Shown here: positions 37,530 through 47,319 of the stretch, one piece after another
Position numbering within the stretch: the first letter of the stretch is position 1
How the letters are laid out: each line of letters begins with the position of its first letter
Assembly (NCBI GenBank): GCA_947305815.1
Contig: CAMZEI010000001.1
Span: 1 to 50,951, forward strand
Reading direction: 5' to 3'
Source of the DNA: an uncultured Bacteroidales bacterium
Lineage (GTDB): Bacteria; Bacteroidota; Bacteroidia; Bacteroidales; UBA932
Length of the DNA stretch: 50,951 nt
The notes under the pieces: generated by a model
Told to the model about the DNA's origin: nothing
Seen by the model: the letters and a program-made list of their open reading frames with translations, nothing else
Databases searched by the model: none
Position numbers and translations under genes: made by a program

Positions 37530-39146
37530 CTACAAATAGAGGCTGGCTCCGACCCTTATATTCACCCCTCTTTCGACAAATCCGGGTAGCCTCTGAATCG
37601 CCATGTCCAGCAGGTTGGAACCCTCTATCCAGAACCCCCACATACGGGGCATGCGGTATTCCAGACTGAGTCCCAGATCACCGTATGCGGGGAGGCGGTA
37701 GCCTGCCATGCGGCGCTCCGTCATACCGCTGAAGCTGGCCTCGGCAAATATGCGCCTGTACCAGTTGTAGCGCACCTGCAGGCCGCCTTCTACGAGAGGG
37801 ATATCAAAGACTCCTGCATTGGAGCCTATACCGCTCTTGCGAAGGGCCAGCGTCCCAATTACGTCCACCCGCTCGCTTGTCCAGGCGGCGGACATATCGG
37901 CATAAGCGTAATTGTATGAGACATACCGGATGCATGCGGCAGGACGAGTCCCCGACATGGCTATGCTCAGCATGGGCGAAGAGCTCAGCCCGGCGTAGCC
38001 TCCCTTGACCCCGTATTGGAAGAAGTGTCCTATGCGTCCCTCTGCGAGGAGATAAGCATTGAACCTCTCGTGCTCAACGGCGCTGATATCCGAAGTAAAC
38101 GAGGCGTTGAAGCGGCTCCATTTGTCCTTGAAGGAATAGAAGTCGTGCATCCTGGCTCCGCCCTTCACGCCGGCCTCGATGTCCAGCACACCGTCAGCGA
38201 AACTGCCGCGCACAGATGCCATGGGGTTGAAATGCAGGCTGCCGGCCCAGGACACGGTAGCTCCGATATTGAGCCTCACCGGGCCGCGCGACAGGGAGAA
38301 TGCGGGCGTAGCTGACAGCAGGGTAGCTCCGCTGTTGTATATCTGGTAATAGTCGTCGTGCCTGGCTTCGAAGCCAATGGTAAACAACTCAAAACCTCTG
38401 ATAATGGGGCCTACGGTACCCTGCAGGTCATACGAGCAGTGGAACATCGACACGGGGTCATATACCGTGACCGCATAATCGTTGAGTGCGCGGACCGACA
38501 GTGCCACGTCGTAGTAGAACACGTCACCCGGATTGGCATTCGAGCGGATGCGGCCGCGTACCGCGAGGGAGTTCATGTAGTCGGCCAGCGTCGGCTCATA
38601 GGTGTAGATGCCGCGGTAACCGGCATCGACGGTAGCCATAAAGGCCTTCTTGCGCCAGGCGAGATTGACCCCAAAATCCTCCGAGAGGTCGGAGCCGAAC
38701 CATTGCGAGCGCATCAGTTTAAGGTCGCTTCCAACGCCCCAGTAATTTCCCAGATAGCCGTGCAAGTCCTGATACAGGGAGAGGCTGAAATCTCCCTTCG
38801 GGGCAGGCGAATACACTGCCTGCAGCAAAGGATTGAGGCTGTAGCCAAGACCAGCCTTGGCGTAGAGCGTGTGAGCGTCGGCGCGGACCGCCTCGGGGAC
38901 TATCTTTACGGTATATGGAGAGAATTCGTACGCCCCCTTATAGGGAGAGTCGAACACCGAATAGTCGAAACTGTAGTTGAAATGGTACGCCGTATCGGGT
39001 ACGTACATCTGCATGCCCTGCTTGGCAAGCCTTCCGAGGGTGGCCTCGTAGTCACCGGTCACGCTGACCTCGGCATCTATACCCTGTGCATATGCCGCCA
39101 GGCCCAGAAGGGCCGACAGAGCTATGGTGATTATCTTCCTGATCAT
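37530..39146 (-). CDS. Outer-membrane beta-barrel protein (often annotated TonB-receptor-like), partner of the upstream TPR protein
   Basis: Signal peptide, EVSVTGDY N-terminus, beta-strand pattern, GSNLLD and terminal GASLYL. ATGA overlap with the TPR gene. Confidence 0.7.
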   Translation of the reverse strand: MIRKIITIALSALLGLAAYAQGIDAEVSVTGDYEATLGRLAKQGMQMYVPDTAYHFNYSFDYSVFDSPYKGAYEFSPYTVKIVPEAVRADAHTLYAKAGLGYSLNPLLQAVYSPAPKGDFSLSLYQDLHGYLGNYWGVGSDLKLMRSQWFGSDLSEDFGVNLAWRKKAFMATVDAGYRGIYTYEPTLADYMNSLAVRGRIRSNANPGDVFYYDVALSVRALNDYAVTVYDPVSMFHCSYDLQGTVGPIIRGFELFTIGFEARHDDYYQIYNSGATLLSATPAFSLSRGPVRLNIGATVSWAGSLHFNPMASVRGSFADGVLDIEAGVKGGARMHDFYSFKDKWSRFNASFTSDISAVEHERFNAYLLAEGRIGHFFQYGVKGGYAGLSSSPMLSIAMSGTRPAACIRYVSYNYAYADMSAAWTSERVDVIGTLALRKSGIGSNAGVFDIPLVEGGLQVRYNWYRRIFAEASFSGMTERRMAGYRLPAYGDLGLSLEYRMPRMWGFWIEGSNLLDMAIQRLPGFVERGVNIRVGASLYL

Positions 39147-42034
39147 AGTTTCTCCAGTCTTTGTTTTACGGTCTCGACGATATCGTCACCCTCCTGAGGC
39201 TCATATCCGTCGAGTATGCTCTGGAACGTGACCTTCGCCTGCTCCGTCTTGCCCTCTTCGACGAAGCTGTCGCCGAGGACTATGAACGCCCTTGCAAGCC
39301 AGTACATCTGGTCGCCCGCCTTCTGGGAGAAGTCAAACACTGCATCCTCGACCGCCTGGAAATCAGCCCGGTCGAACATGTCGCGTATGAGCATGTAGCA
39401 GGCCTCCGCGCCCTCGGGCGTGGACGGCTCTCCCTTAAGTGAAGCGAATATCAGCATGGCCTCGGTACGGCGGCTCGTGGCAAACAGGGACTTGGCCTTG
39501 ATGTAGCGGGCCTGCCGGCTGTCTATCCTGCCGGAAGCCTCGATGGCCTTGTCATATTCGTGGCCTGCATAGGCCGAGAGCATCATGCCAAGGTCTGCCT
39601 TCTGCACATTGATGTCAAATCGGGTGCTGTCCCTGAGGGTCGAATACGCCCGATACGCTTCCCCGAAATGCTCGAGGTCCATGGACAGGGACGCAAAGGA
39701 CAGGAGCGAAGGCTCATAATAGCTTCCACCGGATGCGGAGGCTATGGACTTTGAATATGCTTCGCAGGCCTGCTCCTTGTCACCTGCATCCTTGAGGGCC
39801 TCCGCAACGAAGAACCACGCGTCGCCGGCATGCACGCCCTCGGGATACATCCCCAGGTATTTTTGGGCTGAGGCGAGGCCCTCTTCCAGACTGCCTGCAG
39901 CATAGAGCTGCTCGGCGGCCGCGAAGTACATATCCTCCTTCTCGCGTTCGCTGCGCTGCACCGCAAGGCGGTTCTCCTCCATATAGGCTAGATACTTCTG
40001 GGGCTGACCCATCTTCTGGTATATGGACTGGACAGCACTCAGCGCGTCCTCGGCATATTCGGTCCCGCGCATCGAAGAGACGACTTCCTTGTAAGCATCG
40101 AGGGCCTCGTCGTAGCGCTTGTCGTTGCGGTACACCATACCCAGACCTATCAGGGCCCTGGCGCGGAACACGGGATCGGAAGCCCCATCCTTGAGACGGG
40201 TAAACGCCTTGATGGCATGCGAACTCTTGTTGATGTCCATGTATGCGCGGCCGAGCTCGTAGAGAGTCTCCTGATACATTGCGGCCGTGGGACTCGCCGT
40301 CTCCACCCTGGAGAGTATCGCAGCTTTGGCGTACTTGTCTCCGCCAAGCCCCGCGGACACGCCCTGCCTGTACCAGGGGTACATGTCGTCAGGGTTGTTG
40401 TATTCGGCTATGAGTTTCTCGTACGAAGAGACGGCCTCCTTGTAGAGCTTGCGGGCGAAATCACAGTCGGCGCGGCGTCTCAGGGCATCCTGACGGAAAG
40501 TCTTGTCGCCCGAGCCGAGGTAAATGTCAAGCCAGCGCGCGGCAGCGTCCTGCTTGTCCTGGGACATCTGGCAATAGGCCACATTGTAGGCAAGCGAACG
40601 GCCCTCCGGACGGCTGTCAAGCGCATCCGAATTATAGAGCTCAGTGAAGAATTTCTCCGCTTCCTTATAGTTGCCGGTACGGTAGAGGCATTCGGCGAGC
40701 CAGTAGCGTGACAGCTGGTTGAAACGGTCACCCTTCGGCAGATAGAACGAAACCGCCCTGAGGCACGGTATTGCATCGGTATATGCTCCGTTTGCAACGA
40801 GCTGTGTGGCGCGAAGGTAATTGGCCTTGACGTAGTTGCTCTTCATGCTCTCGTCCAGCTCGTCCATCTCGTCATAGGCAGCGACTGCCGCCGCATAGTC
40901 GCGGCGTATAAGGGAGCTGAGGGCCATGTAGCCGTAGATCTGCTCTCCCCTTCTGGTGGTCGAGTATTTTGCTATGTAACTCTCGAACCCTGAGGCATCC
41001 TCATTGAGGTCGAAGGCCATCTTGGCGAAGTTGAACCATGCGTCCTCCTGGATCTCAGGATCGTACGACACGGCGGCGGCCGCCTTGAAGGATTCGAGCG
41101 AAGCCACCCTGTTGCGCAGCTCCAGATAGGACTTGCCCAGATGGTAATTGGCTATCTGTCCGAGGGAGTCCGTGCGGTTGTCCATCCGGCTGTAGTGTGC
41201 GATGGCACCCTCATAGTCCTCAACTCCGTACAGCACTGTACCTGCGTAGAAATAATCGGAGCGGGACATATAGTCGGTATGTGAGAGCTCGAAGAACTCG
41301 TGGGCCTTGTCGCGGTCGTCCTTGACCAGATAGGATTCGGATATGATGCGGGCAAGGTGGCTGCGCCGGTCCTCCGGGACCTTGCCGTAGAGCTCCTCGC
41401 CATGCTCGGTCACATAGTCGTAGTCTCCCAGCATGAAGCGGCATTCGAGCAGATAGCCCTCAGAGAGCACAGTGAAGCGGGGATCCTTGGCAGCGGATTC
41501 GAGCCAGGGGATGGCCTTGCGGAACTCCTTGTCCTTGTAGTCCATGAATCCCATGGAGTAGCGAGCCGGCGAATGATAGCGCGAGTAAGGCATGGTCTCC
41601 AGCTCGGCAAAGCGCTCCCTTGCGGCAGCGAAATCTTCATTTGCGAAGGCGCAGTAGCCAAGCCTGAACACATAGGGAGCGACCTGGTCGGAGTGCAGGC
41701 CGGCGCGCGAAAGACGCTCAAGCCTCGTCGCGGCAGCCCGGTAGTTGCGGGCGTCAAAGAGGCGCGAACCCCACTCGTAATCAATCTGGTCGGAGAGGGC
41801 TGTGCGCACATAGCGCGCATCATACGCATCCGCGAGCGCGCCTGCACCGGAGCGGTCAAGCTTGATAAGGCACAGCAGCTCGTATCCGTCAGTGAGCGGA
41901 GAGTCGTCCAGAGATTCAAATATGGCGAGGGCCCTTTCATACATCCCGTCCCCGTACAACTTCACTGCCTGCTCATAGGGGCCGGGGGATGCAAGTGCAA
42001 GGGATAAAAGGACCGTTAACGCTTTCAAAGCCAT
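39143..42034 (-). CDS. Large secreted tetratricopeptide-repeat protein
   Basis: Signal peptide and many TPR-like units (Y.LG..Y....Y..A...F). 963 aa. Confidence 0.88.
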   Translation of the reverse strand: MALKALTVLLSLALASPGPYEQAVKLYGDGMYERALAIFESLDDSPLTDGYELLCLIKLDRSGAGALADAYDARYVRTALSDQIDYEWGSRLFDARNYRAAATRLERLSRAGLHSDQVAPYVFRLGYCAFANEDFAAARERFAELETMPYSRYHSPARYSMGFMDYKDKEFRKAIPWLESAAKDPRFTVLSEGYLLECRFMLGDYDYVTEHGEELYGKVPEDRRSHLARIISESYLVKDDRDKAHEFFELSHTDYMSRSDYFYAGTVLYGVEDYEGAIAHYSRMDNRTDSLGQIANYHLGKSYLELRNRVASLESFKAAAAVSYDPEIQEDAWFNFAKMAFDLNEDASGFESYIAKYSTTRRGEQIYGYMALSSLIRRDYAAAVAAYDEMDELDESMKSNYVKANYLRATQLVANGAYTDAIPCLRAVSFYLPKGDRFNQLSRYWLAECLYRTGNYKEAEKFFTELYNSDALDSRPEGRSLAYNVAYCQMSQDKQDAAARWLDIYLGSGDKTFRQDALRRRADCDFARKLYKEAVSSYEKLIAEYNNPDDMYPWYRQGVSAGLGGDKYAKAAILSRVETASPTAAMYQETLYELGRAYMDINKSSHAIKAFTRLKDGASDPVFRARALIGLGMVYRNDKRYDEALDAYKEVVSSMRGTEYAEDALSAVQSIYQKMGQPQKYLAYMEENRLAVQRSEREKEDMYFAAAEQLYAAGSLEEGLASAQKYLGMYPEGVHAGDAWFFVAEALKDAGDKEQACEAYSKSIASASGGSYYEPSLLSFASLSMDLEHFGEAYRAYSTLRDSTRFDINVQKADLGMMLSAYAGHEYDKAIEASGRIDSRQARYIKAKSLFATSRRTEAMLIFASLKGEPSTPEGAEACYMLIRDMFDRADFQAVEDAVFDFSQKAGDQMYWLARAFIVLGDSFVEEGKTEQAKVTFQSILDGYEPQEGDDIVETVKQRLEKL

Positions 42035-42058
42035 AAAAGTGTCATTTATATAATCTTA

Positions 42059-42097
42059 CAAAAATACTCATTTTTAGTCATTTTTCCGCTATATTTG
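42059..42097. promoter_or_regulatory. Divergent -7 boxes TATTTTTG (- strand) and TATATTTG (+ strand)
   Basis: caaaaata at 42059-42066 and tatatttg at 42090-42097 in the AT-rich gap between the TPR gene and ftsE-like gene. Confidence 0.6.
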
Positions 42098-42118
42098 TAT
42101 GTCAGAAAGCATTTTTTT

Positions 42119-42820
42119 ATGAGCTCTTCCGTCATATCCTTCAGCGACGCCCGCATCATGGGCGGAGACAATGCTGTGATCCATGGATTCAACATGTCAG
42201 TAGCCCCCGGCGAACTGGTCTATATCATTGGCCGGGTGGGCACGGGCAAGACTTCCATAATCCGTACCATAATGGCCGAAAACCCTCTCGGAGGCGGTGA
42301 GGGCGAGGTATGCGGGTATGACCTGAATGCTATACGCCCTTCGGAAATACCCTTCCTTCGCCGCAGGCTCGGAGTGGTATTCCAGGACTTCCAGCTTCTT
42401 ATGGACCGCAGCGTGGAGAAGAACCTCGAGTTCGTGCTTCGCGCCACCGGATGGAAGTCCGGCATTGAGGCAAGGATAAGTGAGGTACTGGAGGCTGTAG
42501 GCATGCAGACCAAGGCTCACAAGATGCCCTATCAGCTCTCAGGCGGCGAGCAGCAGAGAGTAGCCATCGCACGCGCCATACTCAACGACCCGGAGCTCAT
42601 ACTCGCCGACGAACCCACTGGCAATCTCGATACGGAGACGGCCGAGGGCATCCTGCAGCTGCTCAGCCGTATTGGACGCGAGAAGGGCACCGCAATCGTC
42701 ATGGTGACCCACAACATAGGCATCTGCGAGCGTTATCCCGGCCGCATTTTCGTATGCGCCGACGAGTCCTGCACTGAGCGTGTCCAGGATTCGCAGGAGC
42801 CTATCGAACTTCTGATTTAA
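42119..42820 (+). CDS. ftsE: FtsE-like ABC ATP-binding protein
   Basis: GRVGTGKT, IPFLRRRLGVVFQDFQLL, LSGGEQQRVAIARA and ADEPTGNLD. Confidence 0.85.
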   Translation: MSSSVISFSDARIMGGDNAVIHGFNMSVAPGELVYIIGRVGTGKTSIIRTIMAENPLGGGEGEVCGYDLNAIRPSEIPFLRRRLGVVFQDFQLLMDRSVEKNLEFVLRATGWKSGIEARISEVLEAVGMQTKAHKMPYQLSGGEQQRVAIARAILNDPELILADEPTGNLDTETAEGILQLLSRIGREKGTAIVMVTHNIGICERYPGRIFVCADESCTERVQDSQEPIELLI

Positions 42821-43439
42821 AGGATTTGCACCACTGAGCGAGGCCGCACTCCGCGCAACGGGGATTGCGGGCGGTACAGACGTACCTGCCGTGGAGCAGG
42901 AGCCAGTGATGGCAGACGGGTCTTATATCCGCCGGGACATGGGACTCCAGATCGTCGCTGACGCCCTCCGGAGTCCTGGCCTTGGAGAGGCCGAGGCGGT
43001 GGGAGACCCTGAAAATATGCGTATCCACAGCTATCACCGGCCTGTTATAGACTATAGCCGAAACTACACTGGCAGTCTTGCGGCCCACTCCGGGCAGAGC
43101 CATGAGAGCGTCCATATCATCCGGGACTTCTCCCCCGTGACGCTCCATAAGGAGCTTTGAAGCCTCAATCAGATGGGTTGCCTTGCTCCGGGGATAAGAG
43201 ACGGATTTCACCAGGTCGAAGACTTCGTCGAAATCAGCCCCGGACAGGGCGGCGGCATCGGGGAAGCGGGCGAACAGGGCCGGAGTCACCATATTCACCC
43301 GCTTGTCCGTACACTGGGCCGAGAGTATCACCGCCACCAAAAGCTGGAAAGCGGACCCGAAATCGAGTTCGCTTTCCGCTACGGGTACATTGGCCTCGAA
43401 CCAGCCCAGTACCGCTTCGTATCTCTGCTTAAGAGACAA
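42801..43439 (-). CDS. nth: Endonuclease III
   Basis: LLVAVILSAQCTD, HhH motif LPGVGRKTA, VDTH and 4Fe-4S motif C-x6-C-x2-C-x5-C. Start (TTG 43439) is approximate. Confidence 0.94.
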   Translation of the reverse strand: MSLKQRYEAVLGWFEANVPVAESELDFGSAFQLLVAVILSAQCTDKRVNMVTPALFARFPDAAALSGADFDEVFDLVKSVSYPRSKATHLIEASKLLMERHGGEVPDDMDALMALPGVGRKTASVVSAIVYNRPVIAVDTHIFRVSHRLGLSKARTPEGVSDDLESHVPADIRPVCHHWLLLHGRYVCTARNPRCAECGLAQWCKSFKSEVR

Positions 43440-45096
43440 ACTGCTCCTTGAGTTTAGCAATCTTGGTGTCTGCGTCGTCGCCCTTGGCGCCGAAGTAGAA
43501 CTTGATCTTGGGCTCGGTCCCCGAAGGCCTGACGGACACTATGTCGCCGGCCTCGTCGAGGAACTGCAGCACATTAGATGAGGGCTGTCCGGTCTTCTCG
43601 GGCTCGAGATAGTCGATGACCTTCGTGACCTTTGAGCCGCAGAGCTCTGAGGGAGGATTGGCGCGCATGTCCTTCATAATCTGCTGTATCTCACGGGCAC
43701 CGCTCACGCCCTTGCGCACGAGGCTCACAAGGCCCTCCTTGCGATAGCCGAACTCCTTGTATATCTTCTCCATCAGGCCGTACATCGTGAGGCCCTGGTC
43801 AGCAGCCCATGCTGCGCATTCCGCAATCATCATGCAGGTAGCCTGCGAATCCTTGTCACGCACGAACTGCCCCACATTGAATCCGTAACTCTCCTCGCCT
43901 CCGCAGATGAACTCTCCACCCTCGGCCTCCTTCTCCTTAATGACCTTGGCGATGAACTTGAATCCGGTGAGCACATTGTAGACAGGCACGCCGAAGCCCT
44001 TGCAGATGTCAGTGAGGAGCTCTGAAGTGACTATGGTCTTGACCACATACTTGGTGCCGTCCAGGCGGCCGAGCTCTTTCCAGCGGGTGAGGGTGTAATA
44101 GGTAAGCATGGCGGCAGTCTGGTTGCCGTTCATCAGGACCATCTTGCCCTCGGGATCACGCACGGCGATTCCGACGCGGTCTGCATCAGGGTCGGAAGCC
44201 ATCACAAGGTCTGCTCCGGTCTCGTCGGCCTTGTCCATCGCCATCTTAAGCGCTGAGCTTTCCTCAGGATTGGGAGACACGACGGTCGGGAAATTGCCGT
44301 CGCTGACATCCTGCTCGGGGACATGGATAATGTTCTTGAATCCGCACCTGCGGAGTATCTCGGGTATGAGGCGCACGCCGCATCCGTGCAGGGGCGTATA
44401 GACTATCCCCAGGTCGCTGTGGCGCTCGCAGGCCTCGGGGCTGAGACGCAGGGTCATCAGGTCGGCGAGGTATTTCTCGTCAATCTCGGCGCCAATTACC
44501 GTAATCTTGCCTGCAGGGCCGTCAGCCTTGAACTTAACCATCGAAGGGTCGGTTATCTTGGCGACTTCCTCCACTATCTCCTTGTCCACGGGAGCCACGA
44601 CCTGGCCGCCGTCGGTCCAGGAGACCTTGTAGCCGTTGTATTCCTTGGGGTTATGGGAGGCTGTTATCATGATGCCGGCGACGGCCCCGGTAGCCCTGAT
44701 GGAATAGCTCATCTCGGGAGTGGGACGTATGCCGTCGAAAATGCATACCGCTATGCCGTTGGCACTGAGCACATCGGCTGCGATATGGGCGAACTCTTCG
44801 CTGTGATTGCGGCTGTCGTAAGAGATGCAGACTTTCAGGGCCGGAACCATTGCCTTGTGAGCAAGGATGTAGTTGGCAAGTCCCTGGGTCGCCATGCCCA
44901 CAGTGTAGCGGTTCATCCTGTTGGTACCGACACCCATGATGCCGCGGAGGCCTCCGGTGCCGAATTCAAGGTTACGGTAGAATGCGTCCTCGAGCGTTGC
45001 GGGATCCTCCGCGATGAGGCGCTTCACTTCTGCGCGGGTCTCGGCATCAAATTCCTCCGAGAGCCACTTCTGAGCCCTGATTTCGTAGTCTTTCAT
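43429..45096 (-). CDS. pgm: Phosphoglucomutase/phosphomannomutase
   Basis: FGTGGLRG, TASHNP, DPDADR, GEESYG and RPSGTEPKIK. Confidence 0.92.
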   Translation of the reverse strand: MKDYEIRAQKWLSEEFDAETRAEVKRLIAEDPATLEDAFYRNLEFGTGGLRGIMGVGTNRMNRYTVGMATQGLANYILAHKAMVPALKVCISYDSRNHSEEFAHIAADVLSANGIAVCIFDGIRPTPEMSYSIRATGAVAGIMITASHNPKEYNGYKVSWTDGGQVVAPVDKEIVEEVAKITDPSMVKFKADGPAGKITVIGAEIDEKYLADLMTLRLSPEACERHSDLGIVYTPLHGCGVRLIPEILRRCGFKNIIHVPEQDVSDGNFPTVVSPNPEESSALKMAMDKADETGADLVMASDPDADRVGIAVRDPEGKMVLMNGNQTAAMLTYYTLTRWKELGRLDGTKYVVKTIVTSELLTDICKGFGVPVYNVLTGFKFIAKVIKEKEAEGGEFICGGEESYGFNVGQFVRDKDSQATCMMIAECAAWAADQGLTMYGLMEKIYKEFGYRKEGLVSLVRKGVSGAREIQQIMKDMRANPPSELCGSKVTKVIDYLEPEKTGQPSSNVLQFLDEAGDIVSVRPSGTEPKIKFYFGAKGDDADTKIAKLKEQFVS

Positions 45097-45138
45097 GCTG
45101 GTTATAGTTTTAATAATTGTCCGTTATGTGTTGAAATC

Positions 45139-45159
45139 CAAATATAGTAAATAAATTTG
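45139..45159. promoter_or_regulatory. Back-to-back -7 boxes TATATTTG (- strand, pgm) and TAAATTTG (+ strand, methyltransferase; near-leaderless)
   Basis: caaatata at 45139-45146; taaatttg at 45152-45159, ending 5 nt before ATG 45164. Confidence 0.55.
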
Positions 45160-45163
45160 AACG

Positions 45164-46381
45164 ATGAAACAATCATTCGCCGACATACTGGGGTCCCTCG
45201 ACCGTGATCGCGGCCGCCGCCTCGCCGCGAAGCTGCCGTCGTGGGCCGGGGTTACGGGGCTGCGAATACCGCGCGACCTCGCGCTCCAGCAGTGCAGCGG
45301 CGAGGCTGCGGCCCGCCATAAGGCGGACCTGGCTGCGGATTGGCTTAGTCAGACTGGCGAGGCTTCTGACGGAGGTTACACCGTAGCAGATATTACCGGG
45401 GGTCTCGGGGTCGACAGCTGGGCCTTCTCCGGAATTGTATCGCGAGTCCTGTACAACGAGCGAGATGCCGAGCTATGCGAAGCCGCGGGAGAGAATTTCC
45501 GCCTTCTGGGCGTCAGCAATATCGAGTGCTCCTGCAATGAAGCAGAGGCCTTCCTGGAGAGTCTGCCTGACGTGGATTTGATTTACGCCGACCCGGCACG
45601 TCGCGACGCCGCCGGCCGCAAGGTATTCCTGCTCGAAGACTGTAGCCCGGACATACTTGAGTTGCTGCCGCTTATCTTCCGCAAGGCCCCGCGCCTGATG
45701 CTCAAGATCTCCCCCATGGCCGACATCTCGATGCTCGAAGGACGCCTCGCTCCCTACCTTCGCGAGGTCTACGTTATCGGCGACTCCGGCGAGTGTAAGG
45801 AGCTTCTCTGCCTTCTTGACAATCACTCTGTGCTCAATTATAGTCATTCCGGGCCTGACCCGGAATCTCCCACCCCGGGACAGGAGACACATTCCGGCGC
45901 GTTGGGTGTGGCCGATGAAGAACCCTTGATAGTTATAGGGCCGACATCGTTTACTCTATCTGAGGAGCGGGCGGCGACTCCGACGATGCTGGGCAGAATC
46001 CCAGCTGTCGGAGAAACGCTCCTGGTCCCCTCTCCGGTGATTATGAAGGCTGGCTGCTTCCGCCTGTTAAGCGCCCGCTATCCCCTGGCTAAGTTAGACC
46101 CTGACATACACCTATACACAGTTACAGACGAGAATTGTCATTCCCGTCTGTCTGAATTGGGCGAACTGTGCAGGATTATTGATGTGGCGCCTCTGAGCAA
46201 GGAGACTATCCGGGAATTCGGCAAACGATATCCCCGGGCGGCGGTGACGGCCCGCGGCATCCCGGGACTCAGCAGTGAGCAGCTCCGCTCCCGCCTCGGC
46301 TGCGCCGAAGGCTCCTCTCTCCACATCCGGGCCGTCACCGCCGCCGGCTCCCGCCTCCTCCTCGCCACGGCCGCGGACTAG
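45164..46381 (+). CDS. Class I SAM-dependent methyltransferase with THUMP-like C-domain
   Basis: LQQCSG, DITGGLGVD, YADPARR, KISPMAD and ECKELL. Confidence 0.82.
   Translation: MKQSFADILGSLDRDRGRRLAAKLPSWAGVTGLRIPRDLALQQCSGEAAARHKADLAADWLSQTGEASDGGYTVADITGGLGVDSWAFSGIVSRVLYNERDAELCEAAGENFRLLGVSNIECSCNEAEAFLESLPDVDLIYADPARRDAAGRKVFLLEDCSPDILELLPLIFRKAPRLMLKISPMADISMLEGRLAPYLREVYVIGDSGECKELLCLLDNHSVLNYSHSGPDPESPTPGQETHSGALGVADEEPLIVIGPTSFTLSEERAATPTMLGRIPAVGETLLVPSPVIMKAGCFRLLSARYPLAKLDPDIHLYTVTDENCHSRLSELGELCRIIDVAPLSKETIREFGKRYPRAAVTARGIPGLSSEQLRSRLGCAEGSSLHIRAVTAAGSRLLLATAAD
45843..45869 (+). repeat. REP-like palindromic element, copy D, inside a coding sequence
   Basis: GTCATTCCGGGCCTGACCCGGAATCTC, translated as SHSGPDPESP within the methyltransferase. 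Confidence 0.85.
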
Positions 46382-46851
46382 TCAGTCTCGTGCCAGAATT
46401 TCAGATTGAGCTGCTTGCTGCCGCTCTTCATGGAGACCTTGTCGCCGTTCTCGGTGACGGTAATCTCCCAGAGACCGTTCAGGGCCGTATAGTCGCCATC
46501 CATGGTGATGTTGGCGCCTCCGCTGACCCAGGTCAGCTTGCCTTCCTGGAATGTATAGATATCCAGCTTATCCCTCTTGCCGGTGTATTTATTTCCGTTT
46601 AGCTGCACCTGGCACTTGACTGTCTTGCCAATAGTCTGGCTGCCGAACTTGGATTCGGCGATGATAAATGCAGTGAAAGCGCTCTCTGCATCTGAATCCG
46701 ACAGGGAACAGGTCCCGTCTTTACTGTACGAGAATCCTGAGATTGTGGGGGAAATAGTGGTCGCTTCTTCAAACATGCCGTCGATAATGCCGTCGAGGGT
46801 GCATGAAACGAGCAGCGGCAAGGCCGCCAGGAGAACGAGAATCTTTTTCAT
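46378..46851 (-). CDS. Hypothetical lipoprotein
   Basis: MKKILVLLAALPLLVSC lipobox from ATG 46851; -7 box TATCTTTG at 46876-46883. Confidence 0.75.
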   Translation of the reverse strand: MKKILVLLAALPLLVSCTLDGIIDGMFEEATTISPTISGFSYSKDGTCSLSDSDAESAFTAFIIAESKFGSQTIGKTVKCQVQLNGNKYTGKRDKLDIYTFQEGKLTWVSGGANITMDGDYTALNGLWEITVTENGDKVSMKSGSKQLNLKFWHETD

Positions 46852-46895
46852 AGTAAAAGGCTTAAAGCTCAGGAACAAAGATAAACATTTTTGAG

Positions 46896-46921
46896 GATTC
46901 TTCATAATGTACAAGAACCTC
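46896..46921. repeat. 26-bp exact direct repeat, left copy
   Basis: GATTCTTCATAATGTACAAGAACCTC, identical to 50542-50567. Confidence 0.9.
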
Positions 46922-46960
46922 CGGTTGGACCGTTGGGCTCACTCAGAGAGGAGATGACGG

Positions 46961-47306
46961 GTAAAATGCACCATATTTCCCATTCCTGAGCACCAGATTT
47001 CCACCACATATGGGACACTTGCCATTGTGACACCACATCACACATCTTTAGGACCGGCTGCGCTGCAGTCACATTGATGTCGGTATCGCTGGGGAAAACG
47101 ACAACTGGTGCTCTTGTGTGAGGCCATAGTGTTTGTATCCGAAGAAACCCTTTTTCCTATTTAACTGCGCTGCCTGAGAACTGTGTCTCGCGGTTCTTCT
47201 TGCGGAATTGTGCACGTTTGACTCTCTCTATGATATACTTGACAATCAAACAGAGAATGAATACGCCTAATGCAGCAAGGCCGGTGTAGACGACAATGTC
47301 CTTCAA
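46961..47306 (-). pseudogene. Remnant of a NERD-type membrane-anchored protein with topoisomerase C4 zinc finger
   Basis: Fragments in order: TM-helix ORF MKDIVVYTGLAALGVFILCLIVKYIIERVKR..., stopping at 47157; VVFPSDTDINV; GKCPICGGNLVLRNGKYGAFY, which lacks the second Cys pair. Confidence 0.6.
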
Positions 47307-47319
47307 AGCGATAATCCTT

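Noticed and set aside
35454..37589. 711-aa ORF antisense to gyrB (similarly 426-2063, 2806-3948, 19347-20342, 31957-33582)
   Set aside because: Shadow frames of strongly codon-biased GC-rich genes; no recognisable motifs, and each overlaps a well-supported CDS almost entirely.
37530..42034. TPR plus outer-membrane protein pair as a novel system
   Set aside because: This pair is a common Bacteroidetes neighbourhood and nothing unusual is visible in this copy.
46852..46914. N-terminal extension MYIMKNPQK... of the lipoprotein ORF
   Set aside because: It derives from the 26-bp Rpn-like repeat and promoter DNA; the signal peptide begins at ATG 46851.
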